Source: Cladosporium halotolerans
Lineage: Eukaryota
Direction: 5' to 3'
NCBI RefSeq assembly: GCF_011745625.1
Contig: NW_027191457.1
Coordinates: forward strand, 620,001-684,000
DNA length: 64,000 nucleotides
In this document: in pieces, positions 62,886 to 64,000 of the stretch
Position numbering within the stretch: position 1 is the stretch's first letter
Layout of the letters: each line of letters begins with the position of its first letter
Made by a program: the position numbers and the translations under genes
Notes under the pieces: generated by a model
Told to the model about the DNA's origin: nothing
Databases searched by the model: none
Seen by the model: only the letters and a program-made list of their open reading frames with translations

Positions 62886-64000
62886 ATGTCCGCATTCTGC
62901 GAAGACGACCGCCAGCTAGAACGCTACCCCAACGGCCTGATCGGCAAGCCACGCCCCAAAGGCGAACCCTTCATCCGCTGCCTGCAATGGGGCGACAAAG
63001 CCGACCTCCCCTGGGACGACCGCGACCGCACCTTCGACAGCGTCCAAGACCTCACAGCCTCGCTCTCCACCTCTCGCAGCCGGCTGCGCGTCGTCCTGCT
63101 GCCCCTCGCGCCACAGCAGCACGACGCCGACGAAGCGCAGCAGTTCCGCGCGCTGTTCAGGCACTACTCCGTCCCGTCGGCGGTGCCCGCGGAGCGCATG
63201 CGGAACGTCAGCCATGCGTTCGGGGCCTCGAGGGTGCTTGGGGAGAGCGAGGTCGAGATCGCGTGGTTTCACTTCCTGTGCCGGAATGTGTTCGTCGACG
63301 AGAGCGGGGCGATTCGCGATTTGGGGTACTTGCAGGATGACCACAAGGCGGGAGTCTGCAAGGATCCGAGCATGCTGTGGATCATGTGCGATTTCTTCCT
63401 GCACGTCGAGCCGGCGGGTTGGGGGTTGGATGGGGAGAAGGTCGTGACGCTGTTGTGTTTTGGGGCGCCGAGTGAGGTTGTAGAGCATTTTCAGAGATTG
63501 CTTGGGAATCGGGCTTGGAGCGATATCACGGAGGAGCCTTATTTGCTCTTCGAGGTGCTGTTCAACGATCTTCACGAAGTCTACGATCAAGCGGTCTGGA
63601 AACTCTCCAGGGCGGTCAACCCGGCGGAGAGGGAGGCGGTGCAACGTGCTGGGGACTTGGGCAAGTATGGCAGGGATTTCAGCGATTTCAGTTTCCGGCA
63701 TCTTAACAACATCCAGAAGTACTGTCATCCCTTTACCTGCATCTCACATCGTTCACTTACATTGATCGCGCAGGAACTGCGTCTTCATGGTCGAAGCCGG
63801 CGCCGCCAGCATCGCCACCCTCGACGCCATCTCCGCCAAACTGAAGCTCAAACAAGACCTCTCGCCGTCTCCCCTGACAGCCGCCGCAGCCGACGCCATC
63901 GAATACCGCAGACGCAACTTCCACTCGACATCCCTGCGCCTGCACAGCGTGGAGCAACGCATCCTGAACGTCGTCCAGATGACCCGTACGATGGTGACGC
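62886..64000 (+). CDS. Fungal CorA-like (Mg2+ transporter family-related) protein, 3'-truncated; intron 63719-63773
   Basis: Absent from the ORF track because no stop occurs in the window. MSAFCEDD...WFHFLCRN...TLLCFGAP...EPYLLFEVLF...LRLHSVEQRILNVVQM resembles the fungal CorA-like stalk. The TM region lies beyond the window. Confidence 0.6.
   Translation, partial: MSAFCEDDRQLERYPNGLIGKPRPKGEPFIRCLQWGDKADLPWDDRDRTFDSVQDLTASLSTSRSRLRVVLLPLAPQQHDADEAQQFRALFRHYSVPSAVPAERMRNVSHAFGASRVLGESEVEIAWFHFLCRNVFVDESGAIRDLGYLQDDHKAGVCKDPSMLWIMCDFFLHVEPAGWGLDGEKVVTLLCFGAPSEVVEHFQRLLGNRAWSDITEEPYLLFEVLFNDLHEVYDQAVWKLSRAVNPAEREAVQRAGDLGKYGRDFSDFSFRHLNNIQKYCHPFTCISHRSLTLIAQELRLHGRSRRRQHRHPRRHLRQTEAQTRPLAVSPDSRRSRRHRIPQTQLPLDIPAPAQRGATHPERRPDDPYDGD

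Overview
Gene-dense eukaryotic DNA from a filamentous ascomycete (probably a Dothideomycete; inferred from short GT-AG introns with CTRAC branch points and from gene content). About 24 protein-coding genes can be reconstructed: FWD1-like F-box/WD40 3' end, RIB3, two F-box-like hypothetical proteins, a 4xC2H2 transcription factor, a candidate R-S-E ADP-ribosyltransferase-like protein, enoyl-CoA isomerase, MED22, D-amino-acid oxidase, a RING-PHD protein, RPL43, a saccharopine-dehydrogenase-like protein, EFM3, RPS24, a GPI-like surface protein, an old yellow enzyme, Nrd1/Mrn1 RRM protein, a borate transporter, PSY2, centrin, a TM/coiled-coil protein, VCX1, a Zn2Cys6-TF-like C-terminal domain protein and a CorA-like protein. 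The main hidden element, invisible in the ORF track, is a spliced non-coding host gene on the minus strand (~46.2-48.15 kb). Six of its introns each carry a box C/D snoRNA in the order snR78(+snR72 guide), snR77, snR76, snR75, snR74, snR73. Next to it lies an orphan C/D snoRNA candidate (48911-49011). Other notable signals are a possible poison exon in the RING-PHD gene and recurrent ~1 kb C-rich-to-G-rich skew domains. All calls were made by eye without database searches, and rRNA target positions use recalled S. cerevisiae numbering.
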